Part shown: in pieces, positions 51,125 to 63,164 of the stretch
Layout: each line of letters begins with the position of its first letter
How positions within the stretch are numbered: the first letter of the stretch is position 1
Source of the DNA: Octopus sinensis
Taxonomy: Eukaryota
Length of the DNA: 64,000 nt
NCBI RefSeq assembly: GCF_006345805.1
Contig: NW_021831829.1
Span: 1 to 64,000 of the forward strand
Direction: 5' to 3'
Made by a program: the position numbers and the translations under genes
The notes under the pieces: generated by a model
Seen by the model: the letters and a program-made list of their open reading frames with translations, nothing else
Databases searched by the model: none
What the model was told of the DNA's origin: nothing

Positions 51125-51793
51125 GTCCGTGGCACCTGTTTGTCTCATTGCAAGCGATATTGTTTTGCATAGATGAAACAAAGTCGCTGTTTGACGAGGT
51201 GGAGAGACCCACTAACCTTGCACAAACATACAATCAAAGATAGTCTTGTCATTAATTACCCCAGCCCCCGCGGAAGAGTGACTACTGCGATTATTTCATT
51301 TCTATATCATATTGCATCTACAAGAACATCTGATATCGATAAAACGAAGGTGGTTCTAACAGCTTTTATGTGATGCTGGATGGTGAGAACGGACTCTTCC
51401 AGGATATAATTATTCCATTTTTAACACAAATTCAGATGAAGTCATTTCTTATTTAATTACAGCTCTGAAATTTAATGCAACGTTGGAAGCGTTTGTCAGA
51501 CTCTAATTGAAGTAATTTCAATTCTCTTTAAATGTAAGTGAAATTGTTTAGAATTTTTTTCTTTTCCTTTTTTTTTGTAATATCACAAACATTTCATCTT
51601 CTAAAATTATTATCAAAACAGCTATTGTTGTTTAGTTTCAAATTAAGATATATCCTGGAACGTAGCTGTAGGGGGCCACACGCCTTGTATTGTATCAAAC
51701 AGTATAATGTCCGTGGCACCTGTTTGTCTCATTGCAAGCGATATTGTTTTGCATAGATGAAACAAAGTCGCTGTTTGACGAGGTGGAGAGACC
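51125..51793 (+). repeat. 85-bp exact direct repeat (51125-51209 and 51709-51793), period 584 bp
   Basis: gtccgtggcacctgtttgtctcattgcaagcg...gacgaggtggagagacc is identical in both copies. Confidence 0.95.
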
Positions 51794-51826
51794 ACATAAA
51801 CGTTTTTCCCAATGTCGGTTCGTTAT

Positions 51827-52117
51827 TCATATAGTTGTTGCAGTACTTGTTGTTACTGTTATTGGTTGTTGTTGTTGTTGTCTGCTAATCTTACTTGCTG
51901 CGGCATTCATCTGGACTGTGTCGAGTGGGTTCCGACCAACAAGTTTATCATGTCCCTCACGAATTCTTACTACATCTGTCAGTTGGCTCTTAGCTTCCAG
52001 CAGGTAAAGTAATGCTCCTCCCTGCGGCCCAAAATCTCCATCTGACATATTCGACAAATGCTCCACTGGGAGAGAAAGTACGTCCGACAGTGCGGACGCT
52101 GTAAACGTAGAAGTCAT
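51827..52117 (-). CDS. Candidate coding exon/ORF (96 aa, polyQ-containing), unidentified
   Basis: MTSTFTASALSDVLSLPVEHLSNMSDGDFGPQGGALLYLLEAKSQLTDVVRIREGHDKLVGRNPLDTVQMNAAASKISRQQQQQPIT. It lies in a GC-richer island and has good internal acceptor motifs (ttctacgtttacag, ctttctctcccag). Confidence 0.35.
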   Translation of the reverse strand: MTSTFTASALSDVLSLPVEHLSNMSDGDFGPQGGALLYLLEAKSQLTDVVRIREGHDKLVGRNPLDTVQMNAAASKISRQQQQQPITVTTSTATTI

Positions 52118-52566
52118 TCACTGTTGAAGTGTACAGTTCATGTTCGGAGTTTCATTGGGAATACAAGTTCACATGTGGTACCTGGTCACATGTATACACA
52201 CTTTGGTACCTTGTGATCCATAGCAGCTCATGGTACCGGTGATTGTCAAACATAGCACTGATATTGTTGTGCTTTCATCCCTAGTCACGCTTGATAGACC
52301 AGACATACAACAAAAGACATTCCATTTTAAGAAGTAACCACCCTATTTTAAGAATATATCGACGACAAACTTCTTTACACACAATGACCTTGCTTTATTA
52401 AAGCAGATGATGTGTTTGGAGAGACATTTAGCTGCTATTTCTGGCATTAGATATTACATGTTATGACAAACTAGATAACATTATTCGAAACTAGGACCAC
52501 TATCTAACCAACATCCAAGCTTTTAAATGATATATTTCCATGATTACCTCACGAACGTCATTAAAT

Positions 52567-53358
52567 TTTTATTTCAAATATTGGCACAAGTCCAGCAATT
52601 GCGGATGGGAAAAGGTGCAAGTTGATTACATCAACCCTAGTGCTCAACTAGTCCTTATTTTTATTACTTTATTGGCCAGAGGGGACTAAACATAGAGGAG
52701 ACAAACAAGGACAAAGGGATTAAATCGATTACATCAATCTCAGTGCGTAATCTATCGACCCCGAAAGAATGAAAGGCGAAGTTGACCTTAGCAAATTTTG
52801 AACTCAGAAGGTAGCGGCAGACGAAATACCTATTTCTTTACTACCCACAAGGGGATAAACACAGAGGGGACAAACAAGGACAGACAAATGGATTGAGTCG
52901 ATTATATCGACCTCAGTGCGTAACTGGTACTTAATGTATCGACCCCGAAAGAATGAAAGGCAAAGTTGACCTCGGCACAATTTGAACTCAGAACGTAACG
53001 GCAGATGAAATACCTCTTTCTTTACTACTCACAAGGGGCTAAACACAAAGGGGACGAACAAGGACAGACAAACGGATTTTCGATTATATCGACCCCAGTG
53101 CGTAACTGGTACTTATTCAATCGACCTCAAAAGATGAAAGGCAAAGTCGACCTCGGCGGAATTTGAACTCAGAACGTAGCGGCAGACGAAATACCGCTAA
53201 ACAATTCGCCTGGTGTGCTAACTATTCTGCCAGCTCGCTCCGAGGGTTTGAAATGCAAAGTCGACCTCGGCGGAATTCGAACTCAGAAAATAAACGCGGA
53301 CGAAATGCTATCAAGCATTTAACCCGGCGAGCTAACGATTCTACCAGATCGCCGCCTT
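52567..53358 (-). mobile_element. SINE family A tandem array (three ~180-bp units plus partial flanking copies)
   Basis: Junctions gacgaaatac|ctatttc at ~52829 and gatgaaatac|ctctttc at ~53013. Confidence 0.9.
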
Positions 53359-54704
53359 AAACCGTCATTAAGTAGTGTTAAGAAACTACTAAATATTAAT
53401 AAAAGTACACCCTGTGAAATACACGGCACACTCAATATATAAGATGTTTGAGTAAGACAAAGAGAAAATGGTGGAATATATCCAAAAGAAAACTTTGAAA
53501 CTTCGCTATTTTATTGAACCTACAAACAGTTATTGATTGGGAAACAACTCTAGGGGAAAATAAGATTCTAGCAAATTAAATTACCATTGCGTTCCGAACA
53601 CTTAAATTAAACATGATCGTGTCAATCTGTTTCGCTGGAGACCTTATTTATACTTAGATGTGAGACGGACCAGAAGCCAAAGATCAATAATGTTCAATAT
53701 TATCAATTGCCAACCGACCCCCCCCCCTCATACCCACAAAAAAAGGAATGGAAAATAAGGGAAGAAGAAAATAAAAAAACAATGTAAAAGATTTGTTGAT
53801 TATGTCGATCAAAGGTATTATTCAGAAATATTTCTTGATAAACATATTTTTTTTATAAATACATTAAATTTTCCAAAACTTCAAAACGAGTTATAAACAT
53901 AAAAGAAGCCGTGTATGTATAGGATTTGATTTTGTATGTAAACTGTGTGTGTGTGTGCGTGTGTGTGTGTGTGTGTGTGTGCTTCTCTATGTCTGTGTGT
54001 TCGGTAATATATCTACAAGCGAGTGTTTTTGTGTGCGTATATATGATTTATGATAAAGAATAGATTTATCTCCAAAGAAGAGTATGGGTTTTATTCATCC
54101 TTTTTTTTTATTGAAGTCTATGAAACTTTATCGAATTCAGCGTATGTTGTAAGATTATATATATTCTATTATATTGTCATATCTTGGAATATTTATCTGT
54201 TTTACATTTGCTAGTTATGCTAAACTGTTGGAATTATCAATCAGAATATTTGTGATATCACAAATATAATCATCTCTATAGATAGATTATTTCAATCACT
54301 AAACTCTATAAAGTGACCTATTCATTGTAAAGAGGTTACTACTTGGTAATGCAAAAGTCATGAATAATAATTAATAACATTATATTTTGTCTTGTAAAAA
54401 ATAATATGAGGAACCAAGGTTTAAATTTATACATTGTATATCACAATACCGCAAATAAAATGAGTTAAAGCGGCCGCTTATGTCGTAGTATTCAAACCCT
54501 AAACCTGTCGATTCCACGAAAAGTAACTGCAAAGGCTTCGCAGCTAAACAACTCTGTTTTGTTTGTTTGTTTTTTAATTGGGTTTTTTTTGTTCTTTTTT
54601 TTTGTTGTTTTTTTTTATTTTCAGAAGTAGAGTAGCTAGAACCATATATTACAAAGAATTCTCTTTCATAGATATGAGTGCGTGATATGAATGATTTTAA
54701 AGAT

Positions 54705-55003
54705 ATATTCTGTTGTCTCTGGGGAGAGTCATTTTCTTTTTGTTTTGTTTTTTTTTGTGCCTTATGATATAACACACTCACTGGTAAAATTTCCATTTTG
54801 TTTTTCTTATTTTTATTTTCCTAAAATTTTCCTTGCGTCTTGCAACCTTTCCATTAGTTTTGACTCTCTACTGAAAAGTTTGCAAGACGCAACGAACATT
54901 TTAGGAAAATTAAAATAAGAAAAAAAAGTGGAAATTTTACCGGTAAGTGTGTTATATTATAATGCAAAAAAAAAAATGACTTTCCCCAGACACAACAGAA
55001 TAT
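54705..55003. repeat. Imperfect inverted repeat, ~130-140-bp arms, ~34-bp spacer
   Basis: atattctgttgtctctggggagagtcatttt...ttgcgtcttgcaa pairs with ttgcaagacgcaa...aaaatgactttccccagacacaacagaatat. Confidence 0.85.
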
Positions 55004-55259
55004 GCTTCAACACACGAACTCACATAAAGAATCTTGCAAACCAAATCCAAAACCGAAATTTAAAAAATATATCTAACAGGTAAAGGAATCATTTAGATTA
55101 CCATCAAAACAGATTATGGATCAGACTATGTATGAAATAGGTCTATAGATATATTGAGTTTCTTGTAAGTGAATACGTCAAATTTGAAGTTCTGTTATAG
55201 TGTGACCATCGTCATATTTCAGAGATCTTTTTCATTAAACCAAATATTATTATGAGGAG

Positions 55260-55680
55260 AAGGTGATCAGCTCGCAGAATCGTTACAACACCTTGTAAAA
55301 AGCTCGGAGGCATTTCGTCCGTCTTTACGTTCTGAGTTCAAATTCCGCCGAGGTCAGATTTGCCTTCCATCCATTTCGGGGTCGGTAAAATAAATACCAG
55401 TTTAACACTGGTGTCGATGTAATCGAATTATCCTTCCCACGAAATTGCTGGCCGTGTGCCAAAATTTGAAATCAGTATTAAATAATAAGGCGGCGAGCTG
55501 AAGGGAACGCTTAGCTGCATTCCGTCCGTTTTTAACATCTGAGTTCAAATTTCGGTGAAGTCGGCTGTGCCTTTCATCCTTTCGGGGTCGGTAGATAAGT
55601 CCCAGTCGAGCACTGGACTCAATGCAATCGGCCTAACTCCTTCTCGAATTTGCTGTCCTTGTGCAAAAATCTGAAAACGA
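55260..55680 (+). mobile_element. Two SINE family A variant copies in tandem
   Basis: Core gttctgagttcaaatt...gcctt.catcc.tttcggggtcgg occurs twice. Confidence 0.85.
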
Positions 55681-56289
55681 ATTTAGCAATGACACATACA
55701 TGTATGTATGCATGTATGGGTATGTGTGTATGTATACATGTACGTATGAGAGTGGATGTGTTTATCTATGTGTGTCTATGTTTTATACTAGAAGTATGTG
55801 TAGCAGGTTTTACAACGAAAGATTTTCACGTTCTAATGTATGTCTTCATTGCAGCTTGTTTTGAAATTAATGTTCCTAAATCCATCATAAATGTTTTGTC
55901 TTTCTCATTCCATTCATCAGACTATTTTGCAGTAACTTTTGAAGTTACTATTTCAATTGGCGAAAGTATGCGTGCAACACTCAAAAGCAGGTTAAGGCTT
56001 TTCTCTCGCTGATGAGGTCCAATAAGTCTGAAGCATGGTGCTCATTATCACTTTCTGCCAATGATATATTTTTAGCTTAAATAAGACAAGTGAACTATCT
56101 GAGATGCATGTTTGTGTTTGTGAAGATGTGCATATAAACATACACACTCACACAGACACGATACATACACACAAAGACACAACAAATACATATTAATACC
56201 TTATTGGTTGAGAGTATGACCCTTTTATTTAGAGACTGACCACGATGCAAAGTGCGCATGCGTGGTGAAAAAGATCTGTTTTACAACAA

Positions 56290-56500
56290 TGTGGAATTGT
56301 GTGTAAGTGCATGCCACGCTTGCTAGTCAATGTTGATATGTCTCCACCCTCATAACTTAGCGATTCAGCAAAAAACACCGATGGAATAAGTATCAGACTT
56401 TAAAGAATAAGTTCGGGAGTGAGATGGAGATTTGTTTCACTAAACCCTTCAAAGCTCTATCCCAGCATGGCCGTAGTCCAATGACGAAAACAAATACAAT
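56290..56500 (+). mobile_element. SINE family B 3' half, degenerate
   Basis: cataacttagcgattcagcaaaa...gaataagt...cccagcatggccgtagtccaatgac. Confidence 0.7.
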
Positions 56501-57330
56501 GCGTAAATAATTGCCTTTCAGTCATGGGAATTGACTGATGATAGAAAGCCAAAAATGACCCATACTTTTTTGCCTGTCCTAATTGTTATTTCTCTTGTTC
56601 GCCTTTGTATCGTCTATCTGTCCGAATGTTTTAATGCCTTCTATTTTTTTTTGTTCTATCATATAAATTAAAAAAATATATATATATACTTTATATAAAG
56701 GCAGCAATTATTCGAGAGTTTATTGTGTTTTTTTAAAGCCATATTATATCTTCATAGATAAATGCATATTTCTATCTATTTTTTTTTACCTTAAAAATAA
56801 ATATTTAACATAATAAATGGGTTTTAGGAAATACTCCTAATGTTTTAAGTTTCTAATTTAGATAAAGGACTTTTTTCATGGCCGTAGTCCAATGACGAAA
56901 ACAAATACAATGCGTAAATAATTGCCTTTCAGTCATGGGAATTGACTGATGATAGAAAGCCAAAAATGACCCAACTTTTTTGCCTGTACTAATTGTTATT
57001 TCTCTTTTGCCTTTGTATCGTCTATCTGTCCGAATGTTTTAATGCCTTCTATTGTGTTTGTGTTATCATATAAATTAAAAAATATATATATATACTATAT
57101 AAAGGCAGCAATTATTCGAGGTTTATTGTGTTTTTTTAAGCCATATTATATCTTCATAGATAAATGCATATTTCTATCTATTTTTTTTTACCTTAAAAAT
57201 AATATTTAACTAATAAATGGTTTTAGGAATACTCCTAATGTTTTAAGTTTCTAATTTAGATAATGGACTTTTTTCATGGCCGTAGTCCAATGACGAAAAC
57301 AAATACAATGCGTAAATAATTGCCTTTCAG
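56466..57330 (+). repeat. Tandem duplication: units of ~411 and ~398 bp plus a 56-bp start of a third
   Basis: Units start catggccgtagtccaatgacg at 56466, 56877 and 57275. Confidence 0.95.
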
Positions 57331-57947
57331 GTTTTTCAGGTTTTGAAGTAAACCGTAAATATTCCTTTACACATCTTCTGTCTCTCATTTTGTGTGTCAA
57401 TTTTACTTATCTTTCACTCACTTGAGTTAGTTTCCCTCATTTTACGTCTGATAATTTTCTATAATACATCGATCAAAAATAATTCTAACATCTTTTATAC
57501 TTCTGAATTTATTTGGCTCGTCTAAAACGGAAAGACTTACGTTTAATTTAATCTTTAGTTTCTGTATGTCAATCGATATATCTTCATGTACTTTATTTAA
57601 ATGTTTTATCTCGCACAAAAAATTATCACTTGTCCGACAGATAGACACGAAACATGTGTCTGTCTACATACTGTTAATAACATCCTTGGCAACTACAGTT
57701 CAGTACGCGTGTCATTGGAATTAGGTGCTATGAAAGGCTTCTCGAATATAGCTGTCCAGTCAATTAGAGAGAGCGAGAGAGAGAGAGAGCGAGATGAATG
57801 TACCATTAACGGCCGACAGAGCGAAGTATTCAACATTGGTATTATGTTTGTGATAAGAAACAACACCATGCATCAATGTATAATGTAGGGAGACATTCAC
57901 ATTCATGATGTTAAGAAATTCGATGTGCGTGTGTGTGTGTGTGTATG

Positions 57948-57989
<42 letters not shown>

Positions 57990-58194
57990 TGTGTGTGTGC
58001 TATATGGGCCAAGTCGGCGATCTAATCTACTATGCGTCACTTAAAGTATAAACGCATCCTTTAGAATAACTAGTTTGAAACATTTGTAGGATGGAAAACG
58101 TAAAGAAAGGAAATTGGACGACATACACACAAACACATATATGTATATACACAGCTATATAACATACGTATATATATATATATATATAACGGGA

Positions 58195-58390
58195 AGCTTT
58201 ATGAAAATAGACAAAAGACGAAGGCAGGTGGAAAACAAACAAACAATTGTATTAGTATGGCGCTCAGGAAATATAAATAAAACAAGTCTTTAACATTTCG
58301 AGCCTACGCTCTTCAACAGAAAGATTCACAGAGAGAAAAAAAAACAGAAAGAAGGAGAGAAAAAAAATGCGTGCAGTAACTAACGAATCA
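58195..58390 (-). mobile_element. Penelope-like repeat, copy 2 of the 255-430 family
   Basis: See 255-430. Confidence 0.55.
58287..58324 (-). ncRNA. Minimal hammerhead-like motif, variant core
   Basis: Minus strand reads tcttt-CTGTTGA-A-GAGC(gtag)GCTC-GAAA-TGT-T-aaaga. Confidence 0.5.
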
Positions 58391-58399
58391 ACATATATA

Positions 58400-58512
58400 T
58401 ATCACCCTGATCACCCTGACCGACCAGGCTATCAGATGTTGCTACACATCACTGGTCTCAATGCGCTTCGCATTGTTTTAGCCTTCAAATGGCGCCACCC
58501 CGCTGACTAGTC
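58400..58512 (-). mobile_element. 3' tail fragment of a SINE/RTE-type element (probably family C)
   Basis: Minus strand reads cagcggggtggcgccatttgaaggctaaaacaatgcgaagcgc...ctgatagcctggtcggtcagggtgatcagggtgat. Its start resembles the end of the 28488 element (ccagtggtggggcgg). Confidence 0.5.
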
Positions 58513-58513
58513 A

Positions 58514-58559
<46 letters not shown>

Positions 58560-58704
58560 AGTAATTGAATGAATTATCTTATTAAGGATAATTCGAAAGA
58601 TAACCGATACTTGGGTAGCAAATTCACATCAGAAAGAACAAGGTTGAAGCTACGTCCCTAGGACATAGACTACGTGTCTTCGTGCGGAAATTTCTATGTT
58701 TATT

Positions 58705-58831
58705 TTAAAATTATAAGTATATGAAAGAATGGAGTTGAACGACTAGTTAACAAATATCCTTTATTCTCGAGAATAAAGGATATTTGTTAACTAGTCGTTC
58801 AACTCCATTTTTTCATATACTTATAATTTTA

Positions 58832-58832
<1 letters not shown>
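58705..58832. repeat. 128-bp spacer-less palindrome, homologous to 15228-15347
   Basis: Centred on ctc|gag with 1 mismatch between arms. Confidence 0.95.
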
Positions 58833-58916
<84 letters not shown>

Positions 58917-58956
58917 TATATATATATACAGCTATATAACATACGTATATATATAT

Positions 58957-59278
58957 GTGGCTCAGAGGTTAGAGTTTACGATCGTGAGGTTGTGAGCTCG
59001 AATCCCGACCGGGCTGCGTGTTGTGTTCTTGAGCAAGACACTTTATTTCACGTTGCTCCAGTTCACTCAGCTGTAGAAACGAGTTGCGACGTCACAGGTG
59101 CCAAGCTGTATCGGCCCTTGTCTTTCCCTTGGACAACATCGGTGACGTGGAGAGGGGAGGCCGGTATGCATGGGTGACTGCTGGTCTTCCATAAAAACAA
59201 CCTTGCTCAGACTTGTGCCTCAGATGGTAACTCTCTAGGTACAAACCCATGGTCAGTGTCTGACCGAATGGGGTCACC
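58957..59278 (+). mobile_element. tRNA-derived SINE family D (CORE-like centre)
   Basis: gtggctcagaggttagag...gagctcgaatcccg...gttcttgagcaagacactttatttcacgttgctccagttcactcagctg. Confidence 0.8.
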
Positions 59279-60122
59279 ATATATATATATATATATATAT
59301 AATATATATATATATATTGGAAAGTTTGGAGATGATGTGCAGGTATTTTATATTAGAAGAAATGAGGTACTCAGAAAATCGGATGGTTTTATATTTACAG
59401 ATATTTATTTGTATATTACATGATGTATAAAAACATACTTCGTTTGCTTTTAGCTGTGTCAACAGAAATTTTAACGTGCTAGATTAAATGTAAGTTTCTC
59501 TTTTCAAATGAATTTTCTGTTAATGACTGATAATACATCTGTTTGATATACAATGTTTATCTCGATACATTTAATATTCATAAGAGAAAACTTTGTGTTG
59601 TATTATTTAAATGCTTGTCACTTCTCGTGTTTTCACTTTTGCATAGCACCTGAATGCGGCTTGCTATTATATTTCAATTTTTCTCATATAGGTGAATCGC
59701 ATGGTGAGCTATGTACCCGTTCACAAAATGTTGGATGATAAACCATAGGAAATTACTTACATTCGATTTTTATAGGGGTTTTTGAATCGAAGGGGTATCA
59801 TATATGTAGCGTTTTGCACCATTTTGAGGTAAGAGGCGGTTATATCAAGCTCTAGAGAGATTTTTCCTGGGATGTGACTACGTTGCTTAACCTTGTTAAC
59901 ATAACTGGCATGTTTGTTGTATGTGACACAATCTATTTATAAACATCACTCGATATTCCTGATATTTTTGATTCGATTTTAGTAACTGCTTGTCGATGAG
60001 ACAGAGGAAGTTGTTTGTATCTTGGTTCTATATTGTTGCTGAATGCGGAATCATAACAAGTAGATGGATAGATAGTTAGATAGATAGATAGAGAGATAGA
60101 GAGACAGATAGATGTGTGAAGA

Positions 60123-60350
60123 TGCGTGGCTTAGTGGTTAGGTTATTCGGCTTACGATCATATGGTCGTGAGATCAATTCCTGGCGACGCTCAAGATACA
60201 TTATTCCTTGAGATAGATACTTAAGCAAGATAATTTATTTCACGTTGCTGCAGTTCACTCAACCGGGGAAATGAGAAGTACCTGTATTTCAGAGGACACT
60301 CTGTCATGTTGAGCCTCCCTGAGAACTATGTTAGGAGAACACTGCCTCTG
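60123..60350 (+). mobile_element. SINE related to family D, degenerate
   Basis: gcgtggcttagtggttagg...ttatttcacgttgctgcagttcactcaa. Confidence 0.7.
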
Positions 60351-60476
60351 TGTGTGTGTGTGTGTGTGTGCACATAAATATATGCATCTACATCTGGATG
60401 CATGCATATCTGTTTTCGATATATATATATATATATACATACGTATATATGTATGTGTTTATATATATATATATAT

Positions 60477-60540
60477 ACTAGCTTAAGGTGACCCGCTCTA
60501 CGCGCGGGTAAGAGTGTGGTTGTTACTTTCTGTTTCTTCC
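60477..60540 (+). mobile_element. Possible 5' end of a Helitron/HINE-type element
   Basis: atactagc...gacccgctctacgcgcgggt has the same architecture as the 13286 5' end. It may pair with the 3' end at 62290-62415. Confidence 0.35.
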
Positions 60541-60545
60541 TTTCA

Positions 60546-60862
60546 GCACGTAAAAAGCACCATCCGAACGTGGCCGATTGTAGTGCGGCCATGACTGGCT
60601 TCTGAGCCGGTGGCACATAAAAATTACTAACCGATCTTGGGCGCCACCAGCTCCACTGGCACCTGTGCCAGTGGCATGAAAAAGGCACCCACGACACTCA
60701 CAGAGTGGTTGGCGTTAGGAAGGGCATCCAGCTGTAGAAACACTGCCAGATCAGACTGGAGCCTGGTGCAGCTTCCTGGCTTCCCAGACCCCGGTCAAAC
60801 TGTCCAACCCATGCTAGCACGGAAAACGGACGTTAAACGATGATGATGATGATGATGATGAT
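60546..60862 (+). mobile_element. RTE-type 3' tail / SINE ending in (GAT)n
   Basis: ggttggcgttaggaagggcatccagctgtagaaac...aacccatgctagcacggaaaacggacgttaaacgatgatgatg, with internal ggcac.taaaaa repeats. Confidence 0.75.
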
Positions 60863-61660
60863 TCTCCCTCTTTGTTTCTCTCTCCTTTCTCTCTCACTTT
60901 CCCACTCTCTTACTTTTCTTTTCTCTCGGACTCTCCCTCGCTTTCTCTTACTCTCTATCTTTATCTATCTCTCTCCCATTTATAAACAACAAAAGATCTT
61001 GAGTAAATTGAGAAATAAAATATTTTGAAAAATCAATCATGAATATCAGGCAATGACCACGGAAAGGTCTGCTTCAAGGCAGACAGCAAAAGACTAAGAT
61101 TTAAAAGGGACAGACGAACTTGTGAGCTGAATAAAATAATAAAATATTGGAAGCCAAAGTTTGAAGGGATAGAATCTGAGGATAACAGAGTCACCATGGC
61201 TTACATTTCTTAAAGACGGACAGCAACGTATTGACAGTTTAACGGCTGGCATAAAATTTTGAACTTGATGTAAAAGAAAATTCCTAAACACCAAGTGATT
61301 CTTTCTCACGACAGTAGACTCACCACGGCAAGCATTCAAAACTTCTTCATCATGGACGGCAACACATTGACGATTAAAAGACTGGCGCAAATTTCTTAGC
61401 TTGATGTAACAGAGAATTCCTAAACACCCGCTCCTGTAAATTTTAATTCCCTTCCAGCCCCATTTAGACCCCTTTTCACATTTTGGTTAATATAACCCGA
61501 TTTCATTCGGATCTACTGGGCCACATTTTATAAGATGAGGAATTTTGTCCTAGAGGTCACGCCTTTCATTTCAGGAAAAAAAATAGCTGTCATGCAAACT
61601 TGACAGCACATTTAAAATAGGTGTGCATACTTTCAGCTCAACCGACCACATAATGCACAC

Positions 61661-61697
<37 letters not shown>

Positions 61698-62289
61698 GTG
61701 TGTGTGTGTGTGCACGCATTATATATACAAATGTATACAAAATATATAAAGTATAAAATTGAAAAATTTAAATTATTTAAATTTAAAATTAAAATTAATA
61801 CTCAAAAAGTATTAAAAGTATAATATACATAAATACAGATATATACACTTTGTATATATACATTATATATACATATTTATATATAGAAACACACACACAC
61901 ACACATATATATATAAATTAACCCAATAAATATCTGATTCATAATATTTGTTCTCATGATTGTGTGGTAGTGGTTGCGATGATAATTCTCTCTATGAATG
62001 CAGACAGACGTGGAGAGAGAGAATGTGTGAAAGCGCTGTCGAAGGCGGGGAGGGGTGAGATATAGAACGCTGTGAAACGACGTTATAAAGAGAAAGTGAA
62101 GGTAAGGGAGTTAGACACTGTGAAACGACGTTATATATAGAAAGTGATGGGAAGGGAGGAAAGAGAATGAGTTATGGAGGAAGACAGATACATAAAAGAA
62201 TGAGAGTAGATTTGTCAAAGTGCGTTTTTGGCCCTAGCAACGACACCTTTTAAGATAGGGGTTTCTAACCTAGCCCACTGGCATCCTCA

Positions 62290-62408
62290 TCTCATTTTAC
62301 ATGTCCCTGTAAATTTTGGAGTCAATCCGACGGGATGTAGTGGCATTTAACCCGTTCTCAATGCCAAAACAAGACAAACAAACAAACTTTTCGCATTTCA
62401 GAATTATA

Positions 62409-62415
<7 letters not shown>
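62290..62415 (+). mobile_element. Possible 3' end of a Helitron/HINE-type element
   Basis: taaattttggagtcaatccgacg...acaaacaaacaaacttttcgcatttcagaattataatat resembles HINE/Lep1-type 3' ends. Confidence 0.4.
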
Positions 62416-62481
<66 letters not shown>

Positions 62482-62956
62482 GTGTATGTGTATGTATGTT
62501 ATGTATATGTATGTAAATACTCAGGGAATATAAATTGCGGTGTGTTAAGTATACCACCAAACCCACAGTAAGGGCACTAGTTCGTGTTCGGAAAACTGGT
62601 GGACATTTTCCTGTTTCTAATATCCTCTTATCTCAAACAATTTACGCTGTTAATAATTATATGCCATTTCCCACACTATCATATACTGCAATATTATACG
62701 TAGAGTATTATCAGTTAAGTAGGCTCTCCGCATATGCATGCCTACAATGGGAAACCTGTCTATCAATGGCAGGCCGTCGTTCTCCAAAGCGTTGTGATTT
62801 TACTCTTTATCTTTCGCTGAAGGGGATTAGTGCTTCCTCTTCTCCATCGCTTTCTTTCTGTTTGTATATCCCTTAGGCTCTTATTCACTCCGTCATCTAA
62901 TCACCTGTTCTGCATACAAAGATACGCACATTCACACACGAATACATAGGCATAGC

Positions 62957-62999
<43 letters not shown>

Positions 63000-63093
63000 C
63001 TTTGTTTATATTCATGTGTATATGCATATGTATATATGCACGTATCCAAATGTATATATATATATATAACACAAATAGATAGATAGATATGTA

Positions 63094-63164
<71 letters not shown>

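Noticed and set aside
52091-52132. CX2CX4HX4C zinc-knuckle pattern on the + strand (CGRCKRRSHSLLKC)
   Set aside because: It lies in a short frame bounded by stops, with no gag, protease, RT or LTR nearby. A chance match is plausible.
52668-53240. Regularly spaced repeats as a CRISPR-like array
   Set aside because: The context is eukaryotic, the units are whole SINE copies and there are no unique spacers.
56005-56035. ctgatgaggtccaataagtctgaagc resembling a hammerhead core
   Set aside because: GAAA is broken, stem II is mispaired and no stems I or III were found.
56520-56565. CTGATGA-ta-GAAA inside the 411-bp tandem unit (retrozyme hypothesis)
   Set aside because: There is no stem II, no UH cleavage site in register and no stem I.
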